A DNA stretch of 64,000 nt from Klebsormidium nitens (GCA_000708835.1 DF237014.1:62001-126000); one strand, 5' to 3'. Shown: positions 23,401 to 37,600, counted from the stretch's first letter. Notes: generated by a model from the letters alone, not told the origin. Translations and numbers: made by a program.

Positions 23401-24523
23401 GCTGCGGCATACTAAAGCAAAGGGAGAAAGGAGGATTCACCCACTTTAGCCAAAACACTCCAGTAATACATATCGGAACCATTTTAAACTGCTGCCGGCC
23501 CTAGTCTCCCACACGAATCACGATAAGTTCCAAACCCGTGATTGATTTTCCTTGATCCGGGTAATCTTCTGAACTCGCTGAACCAATCAGTACAACATCA
23601 CCAAGGGCTCATGCAATTGATCCTGATCGTACATAACCTCGCAACAATAGGGAACTTTCATCGCTGAGGGCGTTCGCTCTTCAAAGCAACTTTGCACAGC
23701 CAGGTTCAAAATTTTATATGCAATGACAAATCAGTCTCGTTTTAAAGTCAGTAGATTACCTTGAAAACCTCCATCTTCTTCTCTTTCCTCATGGCAATCT
23801 GATGCGTCTCCTGGGCCATGAACGCCGCATCTTCCACAACCACTTCAGCATTGGCAGCTTCGAGCTCCTGCCGCAACTCATCCACCTTCTTCTCGATCTC
23901 TTCTTCGTCATAACCCTCCTCCTCCAAAGATTCCTGAACAAAAAATCGTTGGTCAATTAGCATCATATACTCATTCCAAGATTGCAAGGAACAAGAGGTG
24001 CATAGCAGTAAAAAGAGGCTGGCAATTCAGGCAAAGGCCTTCTTGCGAGGATGCATAAATCAAGCACTTCAAGGAGCCGCCAAAGGAGTAGCATCCTATG
24101 CATGTGCAGAGATATACCAAGAGCTGGAGCCTTCAAAAATTGCAGCATTTTACCGCGCAGAATCAAATTGAAGTACCAAGAAAATCAACCAAACTTTTCG
24201 ACCATTACCAAAGACAATGTTTCCAATCAGCCGCACATGCAGGACAGCCTAAACTTTCCTATCCAGACATGTGAAGGTGCCAGTTAGGTCAGGTTGTGGA
24301 AGCATACCTGAAGCATTAAAATCTTGAGCTCAATCTGCCTTTTCTTTTCATGGTCCAGAATGTCCTTGTTGGCCTTCCTCAAGACACCACCTTGCCCCTG
24401 ACCATCCGCAAAATCCCTGCGCTCAATCTTGGTTTGCCTGTGCCGCACCAGGAACTTGTTTGCCTGCACATATCCGTTTGTTCCTGAGCCCCGAGCCGTC
24501 TGTAGCCCGATCCCATTATACAT
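20466..24523 (-). CDS. CWC21: Pre-mRNA splicing factor CWC21/SRRM2-like: cwf21 domain plus a long R/S/P-rich tail; 4 exons
   Basis: Exons 24523-24308, 23933-23760, 23106-22933, 22616-20466. N-terminus MYNGIGLQTARGSGTNGYVQ and ILDHEKKRQIELK, then ETHQIA...ALGL, followed by RRSP/SPPPRR repeats. Confidence 0.93.
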
Positions 24524-25349
24524 GTTGCCAGACTGATCGCCAAAAAAGTGCAGAAGTCCTCAGCTCAGCCTCTTTGCGAACCCGCAGAAGGCTGCCTTCT
24601 TGGGCAACCACTGCCAACCAGAAGGCTCTCTCAAGATGCTGACGATCATGCAATAAAAGCAAGCTTTTCCAAGCTATATTGCCTCCCACTGCTTGCGCCA
24701 CTGCCCGCTTCAGCGGCGCTTGCGCCTCCCTGGTTGAAGTTTCACTGTTTCAGTTTGAGAGTTGCGCCAGTTGAACTTGGGGTTGAACGGGCCAGCCGAT
24801 CCTTTCATAGAATTTGCTGCCTAGAATGAGCTGAAAATTCGGGCAATCCCCGGTTAGAGAAGACAAATCGCCTTTGTACCTAACTTGGCAAGCTACAGGC
24901 TTATGGTTTAGAAACCAAATTGATATATCTGAATTTGAGTACCCGTGCAAAATGAAACGATGCTTGTCTTACTTGCTTGAGTTTTCGTCGTTCACGGAGC
25001 AGCTTGATCAAAAAAATCCTGTGTGGGCGTATTAGACTATAGCCACTCAGGTGCATACGACGTCGTCTTGCCTAGGATAAACGGAGCAGGATCTCGGCCT
25101 ATTATATCAAGTTGGACAGATTTACCTATGGCTGGAAGTTGGAACCCTAATCTGCTTACCAAGTGGCAAGCACACACTCCAGTCTCAATTTGGCTCATGA
25201 GAGCAGATACTACTAATAGCCTAGCTTGCGCAAGAGCTGGCGCAGGAATTCAAGCGGCTCAGAGGAATTGATTGGCACGTCAGAAAAACTTTTCTTACAG
25301 CGTCCTTGTAATCCTCCTAACTTCTGGAGCATCCGCCTGGTCAACAAGG
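24524..25349. promoter_or_regulatory. Putative bidirectional promoter CWC21 / AP4M
   Basis: 826 bp between divergent ATGs. Confidence 0.4.
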
Positions 25350-28300
25350 ATGATATCCCAATTCTTTGTGCTGTCACCAAGGGGAGATACAATCATTTCC
25401 AGGGATTGTAAGATTTTAATGAACTCTGGTTAAATCCTTTTTGTGTGCTTGCCAGTCTTCCATGACTCATGTAAATTGGGGATAGATGATCTTGGACCCA
25501 TCGAGGTTTTCTGAGGGGCACCACCAATACTTTTGCTTGGCCAAGGAGTCTCGCATGCCCACAAGAAAAGTCGATTGTGCATGGATATTCAGCGGAGCTT
25601 TCTTGTGTGCTGGTGGTTACAAAAGAAAGAAAAGATGGGGTGATATGCACTTTCTCAGCGGAGCTGCACCTCCTCATTCGGGAGGACGCCCCGATTGCTG
25701 AGATCTAAGAATGCTGCATCAAACCCCAAGCTCCTGCTCCAGGTTGCTGGTGGCAAAGAGGCTGATGGTTTGTGTTCTTCACAGATCGGGGGGACGTACC
25801 TCGGGGCACTGCAGAGATCTTCTTCCGTCAGGTCAAGTTCTGGAAGGGCGGGCAAGAGGATGCACCCCCAGTCTTTGTGAGTGGGCTGGATTCAGCGCGC
25901 ATAAGACTTTGAGCCTGATTCCAGCAAGCGTCTCTGTGGTGATGGTTGCAACTGGGCACTTTCAGTCAGAGGGTATGCTTTGGGAAATTTTTGAAACTGA
26001 GGAAAATTGTAGAAATTCCTGATGAACAGGGCTTCCCCACAACGCATATGGCCGGATCCTGTCGTAACTTCAGTGACCCTATGCAACTGGCTGGCGACCA
26101 ACTGGTGGTTTAAGATACAAGCTGGTGACTTATGTATCTATCCTTGCTAGTTCCGCTTCTGACTACTGATACGCCTGCTCGCAGAACATAGATGGGGTCA
26201 ACTACCTCCATGTCAAGGTCAATGGGCTACTGTTCGTCGCAACAACCCGGGCCAATGTGTCCCCGGCCCTTATCCTGGAGTTGTTACAGCGGATCGCCAG
26301 GATCATCAAGGACTACTGCGGCATCCTGAGCGAGGACTCCATGCGGAAAAACTTTGTGCTAGTCTACGAGTTGCTGGATGAGATCATCGTAAGTTGCTGA
26401 ACGTCCCTTGCTCTTTTGACTGGCAAACTTTCGAGTACAACACGGTCAGCGCCGGTCAGCGCTGATCTTTGAGTATGTAAACCCTTGATCATCTGGGAAG
26501 TTGTGTAGAGGCAATTCTTCGCCAAGGCTTATCTACTTGGTTACGATGGATATAGTGAGACCCTTTTTGTTACTTCTATAATCTTCAAGCTCAGTCTTTC
26601 AATCCGCATCTAAAGAGAACTCTGGTTACTGCAGGTTACATCAAAAATGCTCATGGTCCTGGTTCATCACGTTACATGTTACGGTTATTCAAACCAGCGC
26701 CTATCTTGCAGAGACGCCTCTTCTCGAGTTCTACTCCAAAAGATACAGCAAATTAACGATTCAATCTTCTGGCAGGACATGGGGTATGCCCAATCCACGT
26801 CAACCGAGTCCCTCAAGGCGTATGTTTTCAACGAGCCCATTCAGCTGGACGTTCAGAAGCTGCCCAATCTGGGCGCCGCCTCCATCTTCATGAACCCGGG
26901 CAAGCGCGTGCCCGGCACGGCCGTCACCAAATCGGTGGTGTCGAACGATCCGTCCGGCAAGAAGCGGGAGGAGGTCTTCGTGGACATCATCGAGCGAGTC
27001 AGCGTCACCTTCAACGCCAGCGTGAGTGCTCCACTCGGTCACCAGTATCTTGCACGAACGAACGAATATGAACTCGTTTCGAGGTTGATTGGGTGGGTGC
27101 AGTCGTGTCTGGTCCATTGTAGAAACCCAATCATTTTGATATTCTCGGCGTTTGGGGGCGTTTTGTCTATCTTCTCAACCGACATATCTCGAAATTGCAT
27201 GTATTTAAATTGAAGAGGATTGTCAATCCTTGGCCACCCTGTATGTCAAAGATCGTTGAGGACCCGCTGTCCCTGCCATCCGCACTCTACTCAGAAGTCC
27301 GCAAGCCACTTGCATTTCAATCCTCCGCCATTGTGTCTTCAGGGGTACATCCAGAACTCGGAGATCGACGGTACAATACAAATGAAGAGCTACCTGTCCG
27401 GGACGCCCGAGATCCGGCTGGCCCTGAACGAGGACCTGGCCATTGGAAAGGAGTTCGGAGGAACGGGCGATCTGGGCATGGTGCTGTTAGACGACTGCAA
27501 TTTCCACGAAAGCGTGCGCCTTGATTCGTTTGACGTGGACCGAACGCTCGTGCTGGTGAGTATAGTGCTTCCAACTGCGGCGCTTGACAGATTTTCCCGA
27601 GGGGCGGTTGTCATCTAGGAAGGCATTAGCAAGCCTGGGGTTGAGTGATTCCGTGATACTTACGGGCTGTGAAAACGTCGCTTCGTGCAGTCAAAACCGT
27701 TTACTCTGCGGTGGATTGGGCGCTCTTTGGCGATTGTCTCTCATTGTTTCTTCTGGCAGAACCTCGACAAGGCGGGCTTCGCGTGAAGCAGTCGAAGCGG
27801 GCTGCGCAACTACTGAATTCCCCGTTAAATCCTGAAAAAAGCCTGAAAACTGGAGGACAGATGTCAGATGTCAGAATTTCTTCTGACCGGGTTGGATGAC
27901 ACACTTCACACTGTTGATTGAATGTAGGCGCCTCCGGACGGGGAGTTCCCGGTCATGAACTACCGGATGACGCAGGAGTTCAAACCACCGTTCCGAGTGT
28001 TCCCACACGTCGAAGAAGCGGGGCCGTTCAAGGTGAGGCTTTCGTCTCTCCTGAGTTGTCGTGTGTTGGTCTGCATCGTGCAAGAAGCGAGTTTCTGTAT
28101 GTTCACCTATCACATTCTCTCTGACCCGCACGAATGAGGCTGGCTCGCTGCTTGGCTTTTACTTAAGCCACACGAAACTTTCGTGGCACGTCTCCAATTT
28201 TTTGTCCTTGGTCCGTGATTTCTTGTCTGAACCTGCTTCTATCATTCAAGTATAGAGGAAGGCGAGATGCTTAACGCAGGCGTATGTGGTTAGGTCTTGA

Positions 28301-30345
28301 GGGAGGCCTTTTCGAGGTTGGTTTGGTTGGAAATCGTCTCAACTTGCCGTCGCTGCGTGTCGTGTCATTTCTTCTGGCTCAATCAGAAAGCCCACCTCGG
28401 AACACACCGCTCACCGGCTCGAGGGTCCATGCCCGAGGCCTTTCTCGTGGTTCTGTGCAAACCAGAGCACACGGCAACAATGCTGTAATGCTCCATGTTT
28501 ATTAACCCCCAACGCTCAACGACCGTTAAGCTAGAACGCCGGCCCCGATTGGATGGAATGCTCCAGAGTGGTTATGACCTCCCACCTTTGTGCAACCCAC
28601 CTTCAAACGAACCATTAACCAGCCGCTAACCTTGGGTTTCACCCTCGTCTTCAGGCGGAGGTGGTGGTGCGCGTGCGGGGGGAGTTTCCGTCCAACAGCG
28701 TGGCCAACAATGTGGTCGTACGCATTCCGCTGCCCAAGGGCACGCAGCGCGTCAGCTGCGAGCAGGAGCCGGGGGCGGTGGGGCAGAGCACCGACTTCAA
28801 GGAGGCCACCAAGCTCGTCGAGTGGACCGTCAAAAAGGTGGGCGGACCGGCGCTTAGGCGAGAACGTTTTGAAGCTTTCTGAGAGAGTGCTTAAACTGGG
28901 AGCCGGTGCGGCCTTTTTCCTCAAGCCATAAGCTGGAAGAAGTAGCGGTCTTAAGTCACTGCTGGAAGCTGTCAAGGTTTCGAGACTCTATTCCCATTGT
29001 AACCGTTTCTAGAGCAGCGCTGATGTTTCTTAGGCACTGCTGGTTTCTCTCAGCAGGGATCCGCTTGAATGGTAGGAAGAAGAAGAAAAGTACGAGTCCA
29101 GCGAAGGAAAGATGCACGCCAAAGGTGGAAGTTAGGGTGTCACGACGGAGGCGCCCAAGGGAGGTCTGCTGTGTGTAGTCGCAGTCCGCACCTTCGTCAC
29201 GCCAGGATCGAAGTTGCTTCTTGTCAACCTCTCCTATCGCACAATCTTCAGTGCCGTTATTGGATCTACCTCGAGATCTCGCAGACAGCTCTCTTAAGTT
29301 ACAGACGGTAGGACCGTCGCCTTGCCCAGATCAACACGGAAGCTTTTGGCCCCATGGCTGTGGTTGCTTCTTCAACGTTCAAAGGCTGACGCACAGCTCG
29401 TATCGTTTCTTGTAGTTCCCGGGCAACTCGGAGCACGTGTTGCGTGTAAAGCTGACGTTAGCACAGGAACGGAACGGTGAGCCGTCAAGCTCGCGGTGCT
29501 CATTAGTAGGCTCCTGATTTGATTATTGGCGATCGGTGCCTGCACTGTTGACCTGTTACCAGAATGCTGTTTTGGGTAGCTTTCTCTTCTACCCTGTGTT
29601 ATTAAGTTCTGGGATCGAAGACCGTTTGTTCAAATAAGGAGCCAACGTCGAACAGCTTCAGACGAGGGTCGTCAGAGTGAGTCTGACTGCAAGTACTGAT
29701 GCTGAGTGCGCTGATGTTTGTTCGAACTGCTGTAGGATCAGCGGGTCTGCTCAGACTTTTGCAGTGCGGAAGGAGGAGAGCTTTACCTGGTAGTTTTCTG
29801 CTGACGGGGGGCTCCGCAAGTCCCCCCAAATGGAACTGACTGCCATTGGCCCGCTGTGCAGCGAATCTGAAAAAGGAGACGGGGCCTATCAACATGACCT
29901 TCACGATACCCATGTACAATGCATCTCGGCTACAGGTGAGTTTGTCGCCGGCCATTCTATCCTAATGTCCTTCTTACCAGTTGTAGGTAAAGTTCAGTCA
30001 CTTCTCACGACCAGTCATGAAACAAGCGCTCACAGTTGCCCTCGGCGTTGCAAGTGTGACCGTGGGTCTGGCTCCCTGCTTTGCCCTCTGTCCTAATTGC
30101 AAGCATTTCGTGATTGCAAGCTTCTCAAATTGTCATCACGACTGTCCCTAGCAACCAAACACGTAAAGGTCTGCCTAGATACAGTAGTAGGATCCATCTC
30201 TACTGCGAGAAATTGTACCTAAGTCCTGGTGTTTCTTTGTTTGCAGGTTCGATATTTGCAGATACTCAAAAAGAGCAAAGCTTACAATCCATACCGCTGG
30301 GTTCGGTATGTGACGCATGCCAACTCGTATGTCACGAGGCTATAG
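25350..30345 (+). CDS. AP4M: AP-4 adaptor complex subunit mu; 10 exons
   Basis: Exons 25350-25407, 25785-25876, 26185-26388, 26776-27021, 27343-27555, 27928-28032, 28655-28837, 29416-29476, 29862-29935, 30247-30345. Motifs: MISQFFVLSPRGD, KNFVLVYELLDEII, EEVFVDIIE, EIDGTIQMKSYLSG, DDCNFHESV, YNPYRWVRYVT. Confidence 0.95.
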
Positions 30346-31630
30346 GAGCAGATTCGTCTAACGTGGGTGCCCTTCCTTGGCGTTTTCATGCTGGGTGAGA
30401 CCAAACTGCTCATATCGCTTTGCAAACCACCAAGGGGGCCTTGAGGTTTTATGGCATGAGCTCTGCCTTTCTCATGTTCGAGGATATCCACTGGACCTTT
30501 CATGAACAGATTCTTCCTCACAAAAAGGTGGCAACTCAAGCAACTGGCCGAGCTCACACGATGTAAGCTAACGTTGTTGAAAAAGTCTTAGGCTAGTCAA
30601 CGATATGAAGCATGTGCGTTCAGTGATGATCATTAGGACATACATCAAGGCCCTCGCATAGGCGCAGCCGATTTGATGAGTCACGCTGCATAGCTGGCAG
30701 TATACTCAAAGCCTATAATGTATATGTAAATCCATGCTATATGACACTGCTCGAAATAAATGTGTGGAGTAGCTATAGTGATCGTCTGTCTCATTAGCTA
30801 CGATCGATGATCTCTCGCGTATCGACTGAGAGATCGCCGGCTGGCTTACAAGTTAACAAGCGGTTCAACTCGCGCTGAGTCGAATACAGTGCGTTCGCAC
30901 GCAATCTTGCGCGCAGCTGTCATGTGCAACCTGGAATTCTAGCTGATCGCGTTTCTTAGTTGCAATACACATGTTGGATATAGCCTGAATGTAGGGCCGC
31001 CAGCCTGTCCTGAGCTAGTGAATGCTTTGTGCTTATTATATAGTCTGCTGCAGTACAACCACGCAACAATTGTTCCTAGCACAGTTTGTGCATGTTCACG
31101 GCTGGATGTTGTGTGCGCCCTCAAGTTGAGTGCATGGTGTATAGCTGTTGGTATCCACAATCAGACATTCGAAATACTTACAAGGTTTCAATGTTCGTCA
31201 GGTTTGACTAATATTGAATAGTATTAAAGCTGTCCAATCGAACTCAAGCTGAGCAATACCTAAGCCTCACGACCTCTTTTGGATCTGGTGACATGAAGCA
31301 GTTTAGCTGCTTATGCAACTTGACATATATAGCAATGGGCTCTGAAGCAATGCTCTGCTCACAAGGACACTCTTGTTCTTCGAGAAAAGGACCCTTGTAT
31401 AAATCACCAAACAATCGGTTGAAGTGCAGATTTAGTAGCACTTCTAAGCTCTCTGATAACCTCGACTCATTTCTGTACAAGGCACGCACTCAGGGACGTG
31501 CACCAAGGACACGAACCTACTAGTGATTCAGACTTGAAAGAAAGATGAGTCATGACGCAGATGGCCCCCTGGACCACCTTATGCATCTCCAGGTGTTGTC
31601 CTGATCTTTCGTAGAGAAACAAGCTAGCGG

Positions 31631-32467
31631 CTAACGCTGCACCTGGTGATTTCCAAAGACCACGACAAATGATTCTGAAATCTCTCGGTACAGCTCCACC
31701 ACCTGCCCAAAGCATGCCATGAATGTCAGCAACTTGGACAACCAACCGGATTGCGAAAAACCAAGCGGATTGCAGGATCCCAAGGAAAAGGGACGATGCT
31801 CTAAGACAAGGGAGTTCTGCCAGAGTAAAGACTACCAGACTCTATTCTGGTCAGCAACACTGCTGCACGACACGTACCCTAGAGCTTCAAATACATCTTT
31901 GAAGGATGATTTTTCCAGCATCTTCAAGCATTGCTTGTGCTCTGACTTCAGGCCACAACAGCAGTGCTTCTGCTTCAGCAAGGAGATCATGCTCCCTCCT
32001 TTCATGACGTTGACTTGCCTCAGCAAAAAGAAATCAGACAGGTTCATAGGAGCAGACATGTCTACAGTGGGTCTGCAGGAGTCCAGAATGGAATTTCCAG
32101 ATACAGCAAAACCATCAGATATGGGACTCTCTCTCAACTTCACAGACTAACAAATAAACCCAAACTGTGTCCCAGCAACAGCCACTGAAGGCAGCCTGCC
32201 AAGCAACCTCACCTTAGCAACATTGCTGTGCAGCTCTCTAATGAGAAGCACGTTTCTAGAAAGCCCTTCGGTCCTCCTTGCACAGTGGTTCTGGTTGATC
32301 TCCTTGATGAGCAGCCTGTTCTGGTCCAGGATCATTTGCACTTTGTCAAAGTTTGCAGCGCCCGGCCACTCCTTAGAGATGCCTAGGGCCTCTGGTGCTG
32401 TGCTTGGCTCATTTTCTGAGTAACCTTTCTGCCAGGGCAGGTCCTGGCACGGCATAAGACTTGCCAT
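31631..32467 (-). CDS. ELF4: ELF4-like (DUF1313) circadian clock protein; 2 coding exons
   Basis: Exons 32467-32213 and 31702-31631 give FDKVQMILDQNRLLIKEINQNH...LSRNVLLIRELHSNVAK|VVELYREIS, the DUF1313 signature. The start codon is uncertain. Confidence 0.85.
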
Positions 32468-34606
32468 TGCAAAAACCACTGAGTGCTCGGTGGATGCTGC
32501 ACTAGTTCCAATCAATTTCGTACTTCCATTTGCAACCTTGGCCAGTACAAGATGGACAATATTACGCCGCCAGCTGTGATTCAACCCTGCATCAGATCTT
32601 TTGTCGGAGAAGTCATACAGGTATTCTTTTAATCTTCAGAACTAGTTGACTCACGCCGTCTACGTAAGATGCAACATGAACCTGCTCGCTTGCTTCAGCA
32701 AGGTTGCACACGCCCCTCTTGTGCCAGTGGACCGGTCCGACTTAGGGCTGCGCTACACGAACCAGCAAACGACCGTGGGACTTACGGAGACTTCACTGGA
32801 GTCCTGCAGTGCGTCCTCATCTTCTCTTCAAAGTAGATACCTACCCTCTTGAAAAGCGATTGGCTCTGACAGCCATGTGCGCTTTTCTCCACGCCCTTTT
32901 TGCTGGCCTCAAAAAGATCTCTCAAAAAGGACCTTCAGATATTTTTGCAGCCTAGCACTTTTCACTTTTACGCGCATCAAAGGGATTCTTCTTCAACATC
33001 TGAGGCCATCGAACCCGTCGGTTGCACTTAAATGTGTCAGAGACGGACGGCTCAAAGTAGCCGCGATCTGTGTGCAGATTTCGACGGTTTCTTGCTGCGC
33101 GTGCTTCATGCCACGTCATCGCTTGCCGACGGTGTTGTCACGTTTGCGCGCCGCGCGGCCGCCGGGCGTGCACAGTGGTACGTGACTGCAGAACCTTGGT
33201 AACGTACCTGCAATGCAGACTCGGATGATAATTGCTTTGATGCTTTGCAGGCTTAGTATACTAGGATATTCAATGGCCCGTGACGAGGTGACGGTATTCA
33301 CACCATGGTTCTTTGCAGCTGAGCTTTACAAGACATTGCCGGGTCGTATCCATATAAGCGCCCTGTCAATGGTAACTTCTCAGTTATTTACGCCCTTAGC
33401 CACATCAGAGCCATGAAGCACGGTCTCCGGCAGACCCGGGATAGTTTGTTGACTCTACAGCTTGCTTAGTACGGCTGTAAGTCATGTCCGGACTCAATCT
33501 GACCCTACGAAAAACAAAGCTAGAGTCCTCCAATGAACATATGCGCATAAGCGACCTGTGGTACCATGCATTGGTACGTTCAATGCCCGACTCGATTCCT
33601 ACGGCAGATTAGCTAACTCCCGAAACTGGCTATAGGTCTGTTCAGTTACGCGACAAGTGGCTTAAATTTGCCCTTTATTGATGACCAACTGCAACGATTC
33701 TACTACTCGGCATTTTTGCCCTTGGTGATTTGTAGAGCAGGTCCACAATGGTGTCGATCTGGTCACGGGCCTTGTCGCCTGGCTCGGCCGCGTCCTCGGG
33801 AGATGCTAGTAGTGCTGCCGCAGCTTCCGCAGCCTCGGCACGGGTGTGCTGCAGAGCATTCTCCGTGTGCTCGGTGGTTATTGTCAATCATTAGATCTTA
33901 GAGTACCTATACTTTCTGACCAGCTCTAGGGCCTGCTCAACATTGAAAATGCATCATTGACATACACAGCCCCGCAATCCCGCAAAAGCCATGCAAACAT
34001 GCACTTGCAATGATCATGCACTAGCTCACGAATTCCCTCGTTAGCTTTACCGGCATGCCCGGAGGCCACTTGCTTCTCCGATCAGAGTACAAACGTTTCT
34101 AGCCAGCATGCTTTGCAATCCCTGGACAGTCAAGCATGACGTCCGGCGGTATGTGGCCAAGATTGCAACCCGAGCCGGCCATGTGCGAAGTTCTGGATTA
34201 TTTGGTGGACTGATTCCACCAAAAACAGATTCTCTCGAGTCGCCTTTGGTAGAGCTTGAGCTCGAACTCAATCTATATATAAGAGACAGTTCAGAATTGT
34301 GAGACATTCCAAGGGGGAAAACGCACAAATAGTATCTAGTATAATCTCCTCATTTAACTCTCCAAGTACGAATCTGATCTGACGACTTTAATGCTAAAAG
34401 AAGGTTTAACCAAGTGACTTAAGACTGAATCGGATGCCAAAGCACCCAACCTCATTTCGACGAAAAGATGGCCAGTTCAAACAAGATGCCTAACATTTTG
34501 GTCTTGCTAGCTTTGCCCTATGATGGATATAGTACTCAAGAACAGGTCTCTGAAGGCGCCTAGATGCGCCTTTAAGATCTGAGCTCTGGCTCGTTATGCA
34601 AAACGC

Positions 34607-37600
34607 TTAGAACCCTCCTATGGACCAATCGCCCTCTCCAATGCCTCCGTCGAAAAGCGTGCCGTCGTCTAGGTTTATATCTAGGAAGTCAGCATCCAGC
34701 TCCATGAGCTCATCTAGCGCCCCAGTCAGACCGGGGTCCCCGTTGGCGTCCAAGCCCATCGGGTCAACTTGAGCTTGACTCGGGGCCGGACTTGCCATGT
34801 CGTGAGCGAACGTGGCACTCCTCTCGGTACCAGGAGCCTCCTGGCTTGTCCCGGGGTCCCAGCTGATGTAACTCGTGTTGGCGTGAGCCTGCTGGACGCT
34901 CTGATCCAGCGGCAACTGCATATAGGGTGGTACCATACCGCTGTCCCCGCCAATGGGCAGCTCCTTCACTCGATGATCGAGGCCCGAGCTTGCCTGCGGG
35001 TAACCATTCCCGAACCCAATTTGGGCGCCGGCAAAGCCAGACCCTGGAAGGTGCGCTGCAGAGATGAGAGTAGGTCTCAGATCCCCATCCCACTTTCAAC
35101 ATTCGGGCATGTCTGCCCACTGTCTTGACCAAAAGTTGGCAGCCGACCAGCGCTGTGATTGGTCGTATTGGTTTTGCAGATTGCCTACTTTCCCAGCACG
35201 AGCACCAAGATCAAGGACCAGCGAGGAATACAACGCACAGTTAAGACAGAGGACGTCAGAAGCTCCAGAATGAAGCGAGCATTTGCTGTTTGGTGCTCAA
35301 CTCCTAATCAGCTCCAGTCCCTTACATAATTGGCTCTGAGCAACCGATCCACGAATTCTGCACTTACCCTGCCACAGATTCCCTGATGCACCTGGCTGTC
35401 CCCCGCCCTGCATCTCCAGCTCCATCCCCGCCCGGCTGTCCCTGTAGTTCGCCAACCCTCCCGCACCATTCTGACCACTTTGCACCAACCCCGGCGCCAC
35501 CCCCCCCTGTTCTCTTGGCGTCAGCCCCCCATCTTCCTGGAACAAGTCCAAGTCCAGCGAATCCAGCACCTCCTTGAAAGGGTCCGCCGACGCATCGGCG
35601 GCCGCGGCCCCCGCAGCTGCCCCATCCGTGTCGGGCGCCCCCCCTCCCGCGTCGTCCGTCAGCATGTCCATGAAGCTGCCGGGCTGCTGCGGCCACTGTT
35701 CCAGCAGCTGCTCCCCCCCGTTCGTGCCCGAGCTCTGCAGGTCCGACAGCAGGTCCGCGCTTGGCTCCCAGGAGCGCCCCCCCGCGGCCATCCCGGGCGT
35801 TGGGATTATCCCCGGTGTGGGGATCATCCCCGGTGTGGGTATCATCCCAAAGGACGCCATGTCCGGCGGGAGGGGTGTGCCGCCGTGGCCCGCCACCCCC
35901 ACCCCCCCCAGACCCTGCAGACTGTCGCTGCTGCGCGCAGCAGCCGCGAACGACCCGTTTTGGCCCCGCCCAGTGAGGGCGTTGCTGAAGCGGGGGGAGT
36001 CCAAGAGCGATCCAGTGCTTGTAGCGTCGGTAGGGAGGAAAGGAAGCACCCCCGCAGCGGGGTGGCCCCGGTTCGGCCCCAGGAGGGAGAGCCCGGGGGT
36101 GGGGATCATGGTCGCCCCTCCCCTGGGCGAGGCGGCCTCCGGGACGGACGGCGAGCCATGGTTGGGGCCGGGGTTGGAAAGGAACGACCCTCCGGACAAG
36201 GAGGATGTGGTGCGCTGCAGCGGACGCTGGGGCTGCTTCAAAGAGTCTCGGCTAGCAGTGGGGGACGAGCCGCCGCTCGCGATCTCGCTCTTGTGCTTCT
36301 TCCGATTGGCTTTCAGGAGCTGCGCAATGGGGATGTTCTGGTCGTACGTGGACGGGGGCAGCGTCATGGGGGAGGGGTTTCGGGCCGCAGTGGCGGGCGA
36401 CAGCGGCGGGGAGCCGGCCGACGAGTTGGCGGCCGAGCTCGCGGGCGACAGCTGGCGGGACCCTGAGCTGGCTCCCTGCTTTCCGGGGGCCACCTTCTTG
36501 CCCCGGCTCTTTTTGACCTGCTTCTTAACCTGCTCCGTTTGACTAACTGGCGGCGCTGGCTGCGGCTGCGGCTGTGGTTGCGGCTCAGGCTGAGGCTGGG
36601 GCACGTATCCGGGGGTGGGGATCATGTTACTCAGCCCGGGCATGGGCTTGGGTGGCGGCGGCTGCTGCATCTGGCGCTGCTGCTGCAACAGCTGCGCTTG
36701 CTGTAGGAGCAGGCTCTGCTGCTGTGCAGACAGCCGGCTGATTTTATCCATAGTGTACCCCAGCGGCGGGGCTCTACTCAGACCCGCAACTGGGGCAGGC
36801 ACATTCTGCTGCTGCAGGGGCGCACCCCGGGGCTTCTCCGGCACGCCCATCCGGGCCCCCTCCGCCATCTTAGCCAGCGCCGGCGCCCAGCTGTTGAGCT
36901 CCTGCGACGCGCTATACCGCATATTTGCCAACCCGTTGAGCCCCCGCATTGCCTGCCCGTTCTCCGACCCCGACCGCTGGCTGTGCGAGCTCGGCGGACG
37001 CCCCATTCCCCCGCTCCCTGGCCGCGCCCCATTTGCTTCCGCACCATTCTCACCCCGTGTGCCGGTTAGCCCCGGCTGCAGGATCACCTGCGCCTGCTGC
37101 AGGGCAGCGCCCCCGTTCTGGAGCCTGGAGAGGGTCTGGCTCATGGGGACGGCCGGCGTGCGGCCCCGCGCCAGCATGGCGGCTGTGATGGCTGGCTTGG
37201 TGTTAAGGCCGGGGGCAGGCAAAGACACCCCGTTCAAGTGGGGCGGCTTGACATCCCTGACAGCCTGCTTTGCGAAGCGCGCGCTCTGGAGGCTTGACTC
37301 GGGTGGGGCTCTTTCCGGGAAATGAAGCTTGCGGTGGAAGAGGAACAGGTTGGAGATGGCCTTGGCATTGCTCGGTTCCATTGGGGGGGTCCCGCTCAGC
37401 CGGCTGAGACGGGTGTCGGACGAGGCGCCGCTTCTAGATTGCCAGGTACTGCAGCGCAACAGGACGAGTTGAAGGAAGGGGAGAAGGAAAGAAGGAAGGA
37501 AGTGAAACAAACAGAAAGGGGGGAGAAGGAAGGGGAAACAGACATCTGTTCTTGCCTATGGTACTCATTACCTGATTGGCCCCCAGATTGAAACTCTCTT

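Noticed and set aside
32213-32350. Initial reading as an SSXT/GIF domain (QMILDQNRLLI)
   Set aside because: The downstream NQNH...LSRNVLLIREL...VVELY sequence fits ELF4/DUF1313, not SSXT.
35364-37325. Long plus-strand ORFs (328, 322 and 236 aa) opposite the orphan gene
   Set aside because: Antisense shadows caused by high GC; no domain features.
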